The notes under the pieces are model-generated. The model saw only the letters and a program-made list of their open reading frames with translations. It was not told the DNA's origin and ran no database searches. The position numbers and the translations under genes are program-made. A DNA stretch of 64,000 nt from positions 3,637 through 67,636 of the forward strand of contig JAKAMI010000001.1 in the NCBI GenBank assembly GCA_021812945.1, written 5' to 3'. The DNA comes from a bacterium. Lineage in GTDB: Bacteria > Patescibacteriota > UBA1384 > XYA2-FULL-43-10 > JAKAMI01. Positions 1 to 9,667 of this stretch are shown piece by piece; position 1 is the stretch's first letter; each line of letters opens with the position of its first letter.

Positions 1-2137
1 CGTAGCGTTCGTCGTTGGTGATCAGGCCGCGTTGATACTGTTGGTTGATCTGAGCCAGAGATTTTTCGGCTTTGGTAATGATCTCGCCCTTGGCATCCGG
101 GACTTGGATGTCGTCGACCGAGAAGGTGATACCCGAGTAGCCGGCATATTTGAATCCAACGTCCTTCAAGTCATCCACCAGTTGGCTGGTCCGCTCGACT
201 CCGTATTCGCGGAAAACTCGAGCCACCAAAGCCGAAACACCTTTGCGGTCAAAAAGATAATTTTGGAAACCCAATTCCTCCGGAAAAATTCGGTTCAGGA
301 TAATGCGGCCGACCGAGGTTTCAACCATCTCCCCCTCCTGCCGGACCTTGATTTTGGCCTGAATCTTGATAAATCCGAGATTGAAATAGGAATAGGCTTC
401 ATTGAATGAATTAAAAACTTTGCCTTCGCCCCTGAGACCTTCTTTAATGTATGAAAGAAAGTAGCAGCCAAGAACAATGTCTTTCTGGGGGGTGACTACC
501 GGCTCGCCAGAGGCGGGTTTCAGAAGGTTTTTTGAGGAAAGCATGATCTCGCCAGCCTCTTTTTGGGCTTGCTCGGACAGCGGAATATGGACAGCCATCT
601 GGTCGCCGTCAAAGTCGGCATTGAAAGCGGTACAAACCAGCGGGTGTATCTGGATGGCGCGGCCTTCTATCAGTTTCGGTTTGAAAGCCTGGATACCCAG
701 ACGGTGAAGCGTGGGGGCGCGATTCAACAGGACATAATGGTTGTCTGTAATCTGCTCCAAAATATCCCAAACGAAAGATTCGCCTCGCTCGATAAGCCGG
801 GTGGCGTTTTTGACGTTGTGGACATAGCCGTCGGCTATCAGCCGGCCGATAACAAAAGGTTTAAACAGTTCCAGAGCCATTACTTTCGGCAAACCGCATT
901 CGTTGAGCTTGAGATTGGCGCCGACTACAATAACCGAACGACCGGAGTAATCGACTCGTTTACCCAAAAGATTTTGGCGGAAACGCCCTTGTTTGCCGCG
1001 AAGCATATCGGAAAGAGACCGTAATTTTCGGCGATTGCCGGTGGCTTGAGCTACTTTGCCTTGTTTGGCTGAATTATCTATGAGCGAATCGACGGCTTCC
1101 TGCAGCATCCTTTTTTCGTTGCGGCAGATAACTTCCGGTGCGCCTTGATTGACTAATCTTTTCAGTCGGTTGTTGCGGTTTAGGACTCGGCGATAAAGGT
1201 CGTTTAAGTCCGAGGCGGCAAAACGGCCGCCGTCAAGCTGAACCATCGGCCTTAGATCGGGCGGTAAAACCGGCAGCCGTTTCAGGACTAGCCAATCGGG
1301 CTTAATCTCAGCCTTCTTCATATTGGTAAAAATCTTCAAGCGTTTTAGGGCTTTGCGTTTGTTGGCGCCAATGGCTCTTTCGGCTTCCAGCTTGAGGTTT
1401 TCGATTTCTTGGTCAATGTCGATGGTTTTGAGGAGCTCGAAAACCGCCTCGGCGCCGATCCCGACTTTGACTATAGAGCCGTAATTGATGGAAAGATCGT
1501 GGAATTTGGCTTCGGAAAGTATAGTTCGAGGGGCAAGTGATTCCAGCTCAGACTTGGCGGCCTTGTAGGCGGATTCCATCCGAGCGACTCTCAGATCCAG
1601 ACTTCCGGAGGCATCCTTAAGTTCCATCTCGCGCTTTCGATTTTCTTCGTATTGATTCTTGAGTTCCTCCAGAGCCTGCATTTTCAACTCCTCGTCGACT
1701 TTGGTCACGATAAAGGAAGCAAAGTAGATAACCTTCTCAAGCGCTGAAACCGGCAGGTCGAGAATCATCCCCATGACACTGGGCACGCCGCGAACATACC
1801 AGATGTGGGTAACCGGCACGGCCAGGTCGATGTGGCCCATCCGGACACGGCGGACATTGGAGCGGGTGACTTCGACTCCGCACTTATCGCAAACTACGCC
1901 CTTGTAGCGAACTTTGCGATATTTGCCGCAATAACACTCCCAGTCCTTGGTCGGCCCGAAAATGCGTTCGTCAAAAAGACCGTCGCGTTCCGGTTTTTGG
2001 GTGCGATAGTTGATAGTTTCCGGTTTTAGGACCTCACCGTGAGACCAACCCAAGATTGCATCCGGGCTGGCAATAAGCAAACGGATTGCATCGAAATCAG
2101 TCGATGTCACCTGATCTTTTACTTCGACTTTCTCCAT
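1..2137 (-). CDS. rpoC: DNA-directed RNA polymerase subunit beta' (partial, 3' end beyond window)
   Basis: The reverse complement of 1..2137 is one open frame with no stop. It runs off the window, so it is absent from the ORF track. It starts at the ATG ending at 2137, preceded by AAAAGAGGAG. Translation begins MEKVEVKDQV.... It contains the zinc-binding CYCGKYRKVRYKGVVCDKCGVEV and the universal catalytic motif NADFDGDQMAVH, encoded around 590-650. Confidence 0.93.
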   Translation of the reverse strand, partial: MEKVEVKDQVTSTDFDAIRLLIASPDAILGWSHGEVLKPETINYRTQKPERDGLFDERIFGPTKDWECYCGKYRKVRYKGVVCDKCGVEVTRSNVRRVRMGHIDLAVPVTHIWYVRGVPSVMGMILDLPVSALEKVIYFASFIVTKVDEELKMQALEELKNQYEENRKREMELKDASGSLDLRVARMESAYKAAKSELESLAPRTILSEAKFHDLSINYGSIVKVGIGAEAVFELLKTIDIDQEIENLKLEAERAIGANKRKALKRLKIFTNMKKAEIKPDWLVLKRLPVLPPDLRPMVQLDGGRFAASDLNDLYRRVLNRNNRLKRLVNQGAPEVICRNEKRMLQEAVDSLIDNSAKQGKVAQATGNRRKLRSLSDMLRGKQGRFRQNLLGKRVDYSGRSVIVVGANLKLNECGLPKVMALELFKPFVIGRLIADGYVHNVKNATRLIERGESFVWDILEQITDNHYVLLNRAPTLHRLGIQAFKPKLIEGRAIQIHPLVCTAFNADFDGDQMAVHIPLSEQAQKEAGEIMLSSKNLLKPASGEPVVTPQKDIVLGCYFLSYIKEGLRGEGKVFNSFNEAYSYFNLGFIKIQAKIKVRQEGEMVETSVGRIILNRIFPEELGFQNYLFDRKGVSALVARVFREYGVERTSQLVDDLKDVGFKYAGYSGITFSVDDIQVPDAKGEIITKAEKSLAQINQQYQRGLITNDERY

Positions 2138-2162
2138 TATGAACTCCTCTTTTAATGGGAAC

Positions 2163-2265
2163 GGTGACCTCCACTGATCAATTCCACTGATAAGCCACTC
2201 CTGCCTGCAGGCAGGCAGGCAGGGATCCTGTAGCCTAATCTGTGGTGTTAATCTGTGGCGGTCAC
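2163..2265. repeat. Inverted-pair palindromic element, GGTGACC/CCACWGAT family copy A, with central CTGCAG-centred palindrome CCTGCCTGCAGGCAGG
   Basis: Left arm GGTGACCTCCACTGATCAATTCCACTGAT, right arm TAATCTGTGGTGTTAATCTGTGGCGGTCAC. Each arm is a near-reverse-complement of the other and carries two 9-mer direct repeats. It sits in the rpoB-rpoC spacer, directly before the rpoC RBS. Confidence 0.7.
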
Positions 2266-2277
2266 TTCATCAATTTA

Positions 2278-5200
2278 TTAGTCTGCAACCTCGTCCGGAG
2301 CGGCAACGACATCTTCTTCCGGAGCGGTTTGACCGGCAGCGATCTCGGTGATTTCTTCGTCTATCTCCTCGGTTGATTCCTCTTCTTCAAGTCTGGTTTT
2401 TTCTTTAAGCTCAAGTTTCAGCTTGTCCGGACCCTCGGTGCCGACCCCTTCGCCCATAATATCGACCGAAAGACCCAAACTCTGTAACTCCTTAACCATA
2501 ACGTTAAAGGCTTCGGGCAAGTTCGGTTTCTGAATTTTCTCTCCCTTGATAATTGACTCGTAAGCACGGCTGCGACCGATAACATCGTCCGATTTAATGG
2601 TCAGCATTTCCTGTAAAGTGTGGGCGGCGCCATAGGCTTCAAGCGCCCAAACTTCCATTTCGCCGAATCGCTGGCCGCCGAACTGGGCTTTGCCGCCGAG
2701 CGGCTGCTGGGTGATCATGGAGTATGGCCCGACGGAACGGGCATGCATTTTATCTTCGACCAAGTGGTGAAGTTTCATCATATAGATAACCCCGACCACG
2801 GTTTTCTGATCAAACGGTTCGCCGGTGCGGCCGTCGATCAACTGGACTTTGCCGTCTTCGGTTAAGCCGGCCTCTTTCATCATCGGTTTAATGTTGTCAA
2901 AACTGATACTTTCAAAGACCGGCAAAGCTATTCTCTGATTGGTTTCTTTGGCCACCCAACCAAGATGAGTTTCCAAAATCTGGCCGATGTTCATCCGCGA
3001 GACCACGCCAAGCGGATTCAAGACAATGTCGACCGGCCGGCCATCCGGCAGGTATGGCAGGTCATGGACAGGCAAAACCTTGGCGATAACGCCTTTGTTG
3101 CCGTGTCGTCCGGCAAGCTTGTCGCCGACGGAAATCTTTCGAAGCTGAGCCACGGCTACTTCAACCCTTTGGTAAACGCCGCTCGGAAGTTCGTCCTGAT
3201 TTTCTTTGGAAAATATTTTGACTTCAACCACCTTACCCCGTTCGCCGTGTGGCAGACGCAAGCTGGAATCGCGGACATCCTTGGCTTTTTCGCCGAAGAT
3301 GGCGCGAAGCAGTCTTTCCTCGGCCGAAAGTTCGGTTTCACCTTTAGGCGAGATCTTGCCGACCAGAAGGTCTCCGGCAGAAACTTCGGCGCCGATTCGG
3401 ATAATGCCTTCTTCGTCCAGATTGCTCAAAGCCTCTTCTGAAACATTTGGGATATCTCGAGTCAGGATCTCGGGGCCGAGTTTGGTATCGCGAACTTCAA
3501 GCGAATATTTTTCAATATGGACCGAAGAGAGATTGTGTTCTTCGACCAGTTTGTCGGAAATGATGATAGCGTCCTCAAAGTTGGCTCCGCCCCAAGACAT
3601 AAAGGCTACGACCAGATTTTTACCCAGAGCCAACTCACCCTTGTCGGTAGCTGAGCTGTCGGCCAAAAGGTCGCCTTTTTTCACTCGGTCGCCCAAAGTC
3701 ACCCGAGGGGTCTGGTTAATGCAGGTTCCCTGGTTTGAGCGGACAAATTTTTCGAGATAATAGTCGTGTTTCTCGCCGTCTTCGGATTTGACCCGAATCA
3801 GATCGGAGGAAACATGGGTGATTTCGCCTTCGAATTGAGTGGTCAAAATCTGACCGGAGTCGGCGGCAGCTGATTTTTCCATGCCGGTCCCGATCATCGG
3901 AGCTTCCGGTTTGATCAGAGGTACGGCCTGACGTTGCATGTTCGAACCCATGGAAGAACGCGCAGCGTCGTCATGCTCGATGAAAGGGATAAGAGCGGCA
4001 GTAATAGAGACAATTTGCTTCGGAGTAACGTCCATAAAATCGATGTTTTCGACCTCGTAAATAGCCGGATCGCCTTGGTGGCGAGCGATAACTTTGGGTT
4101 CGGTGAAGTGGCCGTCTTTGTCGACTTCAACTGAGGCCGGAGCAATGTAAGCCCGTTCTTCCTGTCCGGCATCCAGATAGACAATCTTGTCGGTGACCCT
4201 AGGGGCTTTGCCTTTGACTTTCTCAACCGTTCGATACGGGGTTTCGATGAAACCGAATTCGTTGATCTTGGCATAGCTGGAAAGATAGCCGACCAAGCCG
4301 ATGTTTTGGCCTTCCGGAGTCTCGATGGGGCAGATCCGGCCGTAGTGCGAGGTGTGAACATCGCGCACTTCGAAGCCGGCGCGGTCGCGGGACAACCCTC
4401 CGGGACCGGTGGCGGACAAAGTCCTTTTGTGTTCCAGCTCAGCCAGCGGGTTGGTCTGATTCATAAACTGCGACATTTGGGACGAGGCGAAAAATTCCTG
4501 GAGAGCGGCGGCGATGGGCCTGGAGTTGACCAGCTGGGCCGGAGTGACAGTCGCCGGTTCGTTGACCGACATGCGATCCTTAACTATTCGTTCGACACGC
4601 AGAAGTCCGATCCTAACCCGTCCCTGAACCAGCTCGCCCACGGTTCGAACTCGGCGGTTTTTGAGATTGTCAGTGTCGTCCGGTTCGGCGTCGGGCGTAT
4701 TATTTAATCGAATGATCTCTTTGACAATGGCCACAAAGTCTTCTTTGCGCAAGACTCGATTTTCGGGAGTGTTCTCGACATTTAGATCCAGTCGTTGATT
4801 CATTTTGTAACGCCCAACCCGACCCAGATCATAACGCTTGGGATTGTAAAACATGGATTCGATGAAGAGTTTGGCGCTTTCGAGCGTGGCCAAATCCCCC
4901 GGGCGGATCTTTTTATAGACCTCGATCAGGCCGGTATTTTGATCTCTGGCGGTATCTTTTTCCAGGGTTTTCTCGATGTATTTAAGATCCGGATTGTCGT
5001 CTACATCAGTGAAAAGCGCTTGAATTTCGTCGTTGAAGTTGTAACCGAGTGAGCGCAAAAAAGTCGTTACCGGAATACGTCTTTTGCGGTCGATTTTGAC
5101 CGAGACTACCCCTTTGGCGTTTGTTTCGAGTTCGAGCCAAGCTCCACGGTTCGGGATAATCTTAGCTCCAAACAGCTTGCGGCCGCCGAATTCTTCGGCG

Positions 5201-5634
5201 GTAAAGAGCACGCCGTAAGACCGGACAATCTGAGAGACAACCACCCGTTCGACTCCATTGATGATGAAAGTGCCTCGGTTAGTCATCACGGGGAAATCGC
5301 CAAGAAAGACTTCGCCTTCTTTGATCTCGTTGGTTTCTTTATTGACCAAAGTGGTCTTGACCTTAAGAGAGGTTTTGTAGGTGAGATTTTTGTGTTTGGC
5401 GGTCTTCTCGTCAATTTTGGGTTTCTCCAGGTAGAAATCGTTAAACGAAAGAGAGAGTGACCGTCCCGAGAAATCCTCTATCGGGGAGATCTCATTCAAA
5501 AGCTCCCTCAGCCCCTCCTTGAAGAACCAATCGTAAGACTTGGTTTGAACTTCAATCAGATTCGGGAGGCTGACATCAGCCGAGGCGTTGCTTTTCGACA
5601 ACACCACCCGAGAAGAATTGTGATTCTCTTTCAT
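2278..5634 (-). CDS. rpoB: DNA-directed RNA polymerase subunit beta
   Basis: 1118-aa ORF with a typical RpoB N-terminus (LPNLIEVQTKSYDWF) and conserved blocks (GEMEVWALEAYGAAHTLQEMLT, NMQRQAVP). Confidence 0.97.
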   Translation of the reverse strand: MKENHNSSRVVLSKSNASADVSLPNLIEVQTKSYDWFFKEGLRELLNEISPIEDFSGRSLSLSFNDFYLEKPKIDEKTAKHKNLTYKTSLKVKTTLVNKETNEIKEGEVFLGDFPVMTNRGTFIINGVERVVVSQIVRSYGVLFTAEEFGGRKLFGAKIIPNRGAWLELETNAKGVVSVKIDRKRRIPVTTFLRSLGYNFNDEIQALFTDVDDNPDLKYIEKTLEKDTARDQNTGLIEVYKKIRPGDLATLESAKLFIESMFYNPKRYDLGRVGRYKMNQRLDLNVENTPENRVLRKEDFVAIVKEIIRLNNTPDAEPDDTDNLKNRRVRTVGELVQGRVRIGLLRVERIVKDRMSVNEPATVTPAQLVNSRPIAAALQEFFASSQMSQFMNQTNPLAELEHKRTLSATGPGGLSRDRAGFEVRDVHTSHYGRICPIETPEGQNIGLVGYLSSYAKINEFGFIETPYRTVEKVKGKAPRVTDKIVYLDAGQEERAYIAPASVEVDKDGHFTEPKVIARHQGDPAIYEVENIDFMDVTPKQIVSITAALIPFIEHDDAARSSMGSNMQRQAVPLIKPEAPMIGTGMEKSAAADSGQILTTQFEGEITHVSSDLIRVKSEDGEKHDYYLEKFVRSNQGTCINQTPRVTLGDRVKKGDLLADSSATDKGELALGKNLVVAFMSWGGANFEDAIIISDKLVEEHNLSSVHIEKYSLEVRDTKLGPEILTRDIPNVSEEALSNLDEEGIIRIGAEVSAGDLLVGKISPKGETELSAEERLLRAIFGEKAKDVRDSSLRLPHGERGKVVEVKIFSKENQDELPSGVYQRVEVAVAQLRKISVGDKLAGRHGNKGVIAKVLPVHDLPYLPDGRPVDIVLNPLGVVSRMNIGQILETHLGWVAKETNQRIALPVFESISFDNIKPMMKEAGLTEDGKVQLIDGRTGEPFDQKTVVGVIYMMKLHHLVEDKMHARSVGPYSMITQQPLGGKAQFGGQRFGEMEVWALEAYGAAHTLQEMLTIKSDDVIGRSRAYESIIKGEKIQKPNLPEAFNVMVKELQSLGLSVDIMGEGVGTEGPDKLKLELKEKTRLEEEESTEEIDEEITEIAAGQTAPEEDVVAAPDEVAD

Positions 5635-5841
5635 AAACCCTCGAAGTTAATTAAGACCTGAAGACCTGAAAATGACCACCTGAAGCGGTCAAATTAAAAG
5701 ATTAATTGAGTACTGCTTAAAGCCAAGGCTGGTTCGCAATTTATCTAATAATGCTTTTATTTTTACAATCTAAACATACCACAGCAAAAGCTGCATGTCA
5801 AGCGCATAAATTTGTCCCCTAAAAAAAGCTCATCACCTACT

Positions 5842-5869
5842 ATTTTAGAGGTTATTAACTTCTTGTCAA
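5842..5869 (-). promoter_or_regulatory. Sigma-70-like promoter for rpoB-rpoC (-35 TTGACA, 16-nt spacer, -10 TAAAAT) with a ~200-nt leader
   Basis: Minus-strand reading TTGACAAGAAGTTAATAACCTCTAAAAT. Motif read by eye. Confidence 0.4.
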
Positions 5870-5880
5870 TAGCCACGCTC

Positions 5881-5940
5881 AAGTCCGAAGGTGTGAAGCT
5901 ATTACACATCCGATGTGTAATAGCTTCACACCTTCGGACA
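5881..5940. terminator. Long perfect hairpin (25-bp arms) downstream of obg, upstream of the rpoB promoter
   Basis: TCCGAAGGTGTGAAGCTATTACACA-TCCGA-TGTGTAATAGCTTCACACCTTCGGA. Confidence 0.55.
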
Positions 5941-5974
5941 TTTTTGAGATTTGAGGCTGAAGGGTTGCTAATAG

Positions 5975-7033
5975 TTAGAGCGATTCAAGGAGCTGTTTGG
6001 TGCCGAGGTGGGTGGAAGCAGAGAGAGCTAATATCATAGAGCCCTTGAGAGCTTTTTGGAGAATGTTCAATTTCTTTCGGAGATCTTTTTCGTCAATAGT
6101 TTCTATCTTACTCAAAACCACTATCTCTCTTTTTGAGGTTAATTTTTTGCTGAATTTTTCCAGTTCCGATCTGATTATTTTATAATCTCGCAACACGTCG
6201 TCGCTACCGGCGTCAATTAAATGAATGAGAGTTTTGGTGCGTTCGATATGGCGTAAAAACTTATCACCAAGACCTTTCCCTTGGTGAGCGCCTTCAATCA
6301 GCCCGGGGATATCGGCGATAACGAATTCTTTTCGGCCAATCTTGGCCACTCCGAGATTGGGCGAGAGAGTGGTAAAAGGATAATCGGCAATCTTCGGTCC
6401 GGCATTAGTAATGACAGACAATAATGTTGATTTTCCGGCGTTTGGCAGGCCGATGATGCCGACATCGGCTATTAATTTTAACTCTAAAAACAATTCCTGC
6501 TTCTCGCCCGGCAAACCCTCTTTGGCCCACTGCGGAGCCTGTTTGATCGAAGTCTTGAAATGCCAGTTACCCCAACCGCCGTTGCCGCCTTTGGCGATGT
6601 TTAATTCTCGATTCTCGGCGGTGAAATCAAATAGTAATACTTTATTGAGTGGATCCCGGGTCAAGCCCGGGATGACAAAAGAAGAGTCAGGGATGACAAA
6701 AGAGGAGTCGAGGGTGGCAAAATGAGAAGATTTTAAATTTTTGATGTATATCTGAGTCCCGACAGGGACTTTGAGAATGAAGTCCTCCCCGTTTTTACCC
6801 TTTTTTCGATCGGTCATGCCGTTTTGACCGTCCTCGGCTTTGAAATAGCCGATTCGGTCTAGGTCGGTCAGAGTGGTGACATCGCGGTGAGACACTAAAA
6901 TTACGTCGCCGCCGCGGCCTCCGTCGCCGCCGTCCGGACCGCCTTTGGGACGATATTTTTCACGCAAAAAAGAAACGGCTCCGTCGCCGCCTTTTCCCGC
7001 CTCCACCTTGATTTTTGTTTGGTCTAAAAACAT
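5975..7033 (-). CDS. obg: GTPase Obg
   Basis: Obg-fold N-terminus (MFLDQTKIKVEAGKGGDGAVSF), G1 GIIGLPNAGKSTLL, G3 DIPGLIEGA. The ORF-track start at 7075 is a read-through extension over the upstream palindromic element. The ATG at 7033 gives the canonical N-terminus. Contains an in-frame 21-bp tandem duplication (DSSFVIP x2). Confidence 0.9.
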   Translation of the reverse strand: MFLDQTKIKVEAGKGGDGAVSFLREKYRPKGGPDGGDGGRGGDVILVSHRDVTTLTDLDRIGYFKAEDGQNGMTDRKKGKNGEDFILKVPVGTQIYIKNLKSSHFATLDSSFVIPDSSFVIPGLTRDPLNKVLLFDFTAENRELNIAKGGNGGWGNWHFKTSIKQAPQWAKEGLPGEKQELFLELKLIADVGIIGLPNAGKSTLLSVITNAGPKIADYPFTTLSPNLGVAKIGRKEFVIADIPGLIEGAHQGKGLGDKFLRHIERTKTLIHLIDAGSDDVLRDYKIIRSELEKFSKKLTSKREIVVLSKIETIDEKDLRKKLNILQKALKGSMILALSASTHLGTKQLLESL

Positions 7034-7043
7034 AATATTGAAC

Positions 7044-7110
7044 GGTGACCGCCACTGATCAATTCCACTGATCATTGGGTTAATCTGCGGTATAGATCTG
7101 CGGAGGTCAC
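7044..7110. repeat. Inverted-pair palindromic element, GGTGACC/CCACWGAT family copy B
   Basis: GGTGACCGCCACTGATCAATTCCACTGATCA ... TAATCTGCGGTATAGATCTGCGGAGGTCAC. Lies between the LysM-CHAP gene stop and the obg start. Confidence 0.7.
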
Positions 7111-7125
7111 TGTTACAATTTTTTA

Positions 7126-8043
7126 TTAGTAAATGAAGCCCTTGACTGCGTATGGTGACATGGTGCGTGAACTCACAATCCCCCAGCCTTCGTAGTTCAT
7201 CTCGGTAGTCGTAAATGATCCGTCCGAGTTCACTCCGGTGACAACCCCGACATGTCCGGCCCAGCTTTCACCCGTGACAAAGACCGCTCCAACCCGAGGC
7301 GTTGTTCCAGTCGACATACCCCGAGCTTGAGCGTTTCTATACCATTGTCCGCCATTTCCCAGCCCACCGGGAACCCCGGCGACTTCGGCGGCATATTCCG
7401 TACAATAACCCGGCGCATAGCCCATGCCTCCAAAACCGAGCCTTCGTCCGTTGTTTGAAACTGTGCTGGCGTCTCGGCTTGAACTCGAGCTTCTGGTGGT
7501 GGTAGCGCGACTAGCCAAGGCCAGTTTCTTGTCTTTTTGGGCTATCTTGCTCTCAGAAACCGTGTAACCTACCGGAGGAACCTTAAGACTTTGGCCGGGT
7601 TGTATAGAGTCAACATCGGTAATATCATTTACATACTTAAGAGAGGCTAGTTCCACTCCGTATTTCCAGCCGATACCGGAGAGAGTATCACCGCTTCCCA
7701 CGGTGTAGTTGATGGTTTTAGAGCTGTTGTCAAGAGCGACAGGCGCGGCAGCGGCCACGGTCCTATCGGTACGGTCGGTAATGTTGGTCAAAACAACCTG
7801 CTGCTTTTCCAAATAACCGTTGCTCAAAGCCAGAGTAGTGTTGGTTTCAGCGTCATAAATAGCGGCATCGTTGCCGATGGGGGTATACTTATCTACTTGG
7901 CCGATAACGGCGCGGGTTGTTTGGGGATCGGACATAGCCAGGCTGAACGAACCATCGGCTTTGGCGGCGGAGATATTGCTAAGTCCCGCCATGAGAGCAA
8001 AAGTTAGAATCCCAGCATGAGGTAAATACTGCCTCTTGGACAA
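7126..8043 (-). CDS. Secreted peptidoglycan hydrolase, LysM domain plus C-terminal CHAP domain
   Basis: Signal peptide, LysM (TVGSGDTLSGIGWKYGVELASLKYVN...QPGQSLKVP), CHAP-like Cys/His (YAPGYCTEYAA ... WAGHVGVV). Apparent TTG start. The in-frame upstream stretch has no ATG/GTG. Confidence 0.75.
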   Translation of the reverse strand: MSKRQYLPHAGILTFALMAGLSNISAAKADGSFSLAMSDPQTTRAVIGQVDKYTPIGNDAAIYDAETNTTLALSNGYLEKQQVVLTNITDRTDRTVAAAAPVALDNSSKTINYTVGSGDTLSGIGWKYGVELASLKYVNDITDVDSIQPGQSLKVPPVGYTVSESKIAQKDKKLALASRATTTRSSSSSRDASTVSNNGRRLGFGGMGYAPGYCTEYAAEVAGVPGGLGNGGQWYRNAQARGMSTGTTPRVGAVFVTGESWAGHVGVVTGVNSDGSFTTTEMNYEGWGIVSSRTMSPYAVKGFIY

Positions 8044-8451
8044 AAGAAAAGTTCGAGTCTTTTGATATTGAGAAACAAGCAGCTCTTTATTTTGTATAAG
8101 ATGATCGACTTGAGCCTGAAAAGCTTTGATCTGGTGACCAATTAGGCTTTTTATATTATTGAATTTATCTTCCAGATTACTATCTTCCGCAGACTGAGGG
8201 CTAGGCTCATCGAGGGCGATAATACTCCTTTCCCTTTCGGGAAACTTAGTTGCAGTCCTCTAAAGACCGCTCATCCACTGACTAGGCGGATGCAAACATT
8301 AACTACAATCGGATACGCGCTCAACCTCAATAAAAAAGGATCCGATCTCCCGCCGCTTAAGCGCAGTCGGGAATCAAGATTCGTAAACTAGTTTACCAAC
8401 CTCCAAAAGGGGTGTCAAGACCTTTAGGCGTGAAATGGTTAGAAATTGAGG

Positions 8452-9666
8452 CTATTTTTGGCCTATAGCAACTGAGAGACTTGAGGGTAGAAACGAAGCC
8501 ACTGTGACTCCGGCTGGAACTTTAAACATTGCGGCGGTAAGATCGACGCCGATACCGCTACTCGTAGATTTATTTGCTAGATCCAAATTTAGAACGACAT
8601 CGGCGGAGGTCAGATTATTCACTAAATTCGCCGGCCCCGAGGCTACGATTTTAACGGCACTCGGGGTATAACCGGTCACCGCAAGACCGGGATTCAGATT
8701 GATCGGATTGATAGTCGCAACAATTTCTTTCGAAGTTGAAGTGCCGCTAAACGAAATTGTTACTTTAACCTTCTGGTTGCTGTCTTTTTGCAAAGTTATT
8801 CCCGCTGGCAAAGATAGGGCGACTGTTTTAACCAGAGTATCGCTTTGGCCGGCAATGTCGACAGGAAGTGTCTCGATATATTGGGTGGTTCTCAAAAGTG
8901 AATCCTGGCCGACAACATCGACCGTCGCCGGGTCCACAACAATGTTCGAAACAAAGAAACCGCTGGCTGCCAGGCCGGTGGTGACCGCCTTAACTCCGAC
9001 CGTTTTATTATTTCCTGCTTTAACTATTGTTACATCCGCCTTAGCCGTGGCTGGATTGATTGTGATCTCGTTTATCGCTTCGTTTTTATCATTTAGTACG
9101 GAAAGGGTAATGTCTCGGCTGAAACCGTCCGACTCGCCGTTTAGTTTGACGATGGCCGAGGCCGCCGTAGCTCCCCCAATCAGGCTTTTGGGGCCGGAAA
9201 TTTCGACTTTATCGGGAGTAAAATCAATGCTACCGATGGTCCGACCGTCGGCAGCCTGGCCGATGATGACTGCCGCCACCGAGACCGTTTTTTTCTCAAC
9301 CGGTTCCAACCGCACCATAATATTGGCCGGATCGACTTCTATGACCGAAACATTTGGCAGGTTCGGATTGACTATTACTTTAAGGTTGTGAGTTCCGGCG
9401 GCCAGACCGTTTAAGTCCACAAAAGCTGAAAAATTGTCGCTCGAAAGCTGTTTCCAGACGCTTGGATCGGCGGCAATCTTTAAGTTCACTTCTTTGGTAT
9501 CGTAAATAGCGGAAAAGTTGGTCGGGACATTGACCGCTTTGACCGGGATGCTTCCCGGGAATTTGGCGACATTGTTCTGAGCCGCGGCTACAAAAACCCA
9601 CAAACCCAGCGCCAGGAGCAGGGCAACTATTTTCATACCCAGATTGTGTGTTACCAGCCTAATCAT
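8452..9666 (-). CDS. cdaR: CdaR/YbbR-like regulator of diadenylate cyclase (repeated YbbR domains, N-terminal TM)
   Basis: 404 aa with an N-terminal TM helix, then repeated beta-rich YbbR-like segments. Immediately downstream of cdaA, as in cdaA-cdaR operons. Confidence 0.7.
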   Translation of the reverse strand: MIRLVTHNLGMKIVALLLALGLWVFVAAAQNNVAKFPGSIPVKAVNVPTNFSAIYDTKEVNLKIAADPSVWKQLSSDNFSAFVDLNGLAAGTHNLKVIVNPNLPNVSVIEVDPANIMVRLEPVEKKTVSVAAVIIGQAADGRTIGSIDFTPDKVEISGPKSLIGGATAASAIVKLNGESDGFSRDITLSVLNDKNEAINEITINPATAKADVTIVKAGNNKTVGVKAVTTGLAASGFFVSNIVVDPATVDVVGQDSLLRTTQYIETLPVDIAGQSDTLVKTVALSLPAGITLQKDSNQKVKVTISFSGTSTSKEIVATINPINLNPGLAVTGYTPSAVKIVASGPANLVNNLTSADVVLNLDLANKSTSSGIGVDLTAAMFKVPAGVTVASFLPSSLSVAIGQK

Positions 9667-9667
9667 C

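Noticed and set aside
32-2029. Plus-strand ORFs 32-409, 563-1024, 1805-2029 in the ORF track
   Set aside because: They lie antisense within the uninterrupted rpoC reading frame, so they are spurious.
7034-7075. N-terminal 14-aa extension of the obg ORF
   Set aside because: It reads through the inverted-pair element. The ATG at 7033 gives the canonical Obg start MFLDQTKIKVEAGKGGDG.
8044-8330. c-di-AMP (ydaO) riboswitch upstream of the LysM-CHAP gene
   Set aside because: The context (c-di-AMP genes adjacent, hydrolase target) is suggestive. However, no ydaO consensus blocks could be recognised by eye. Kept only as a low-interest note.
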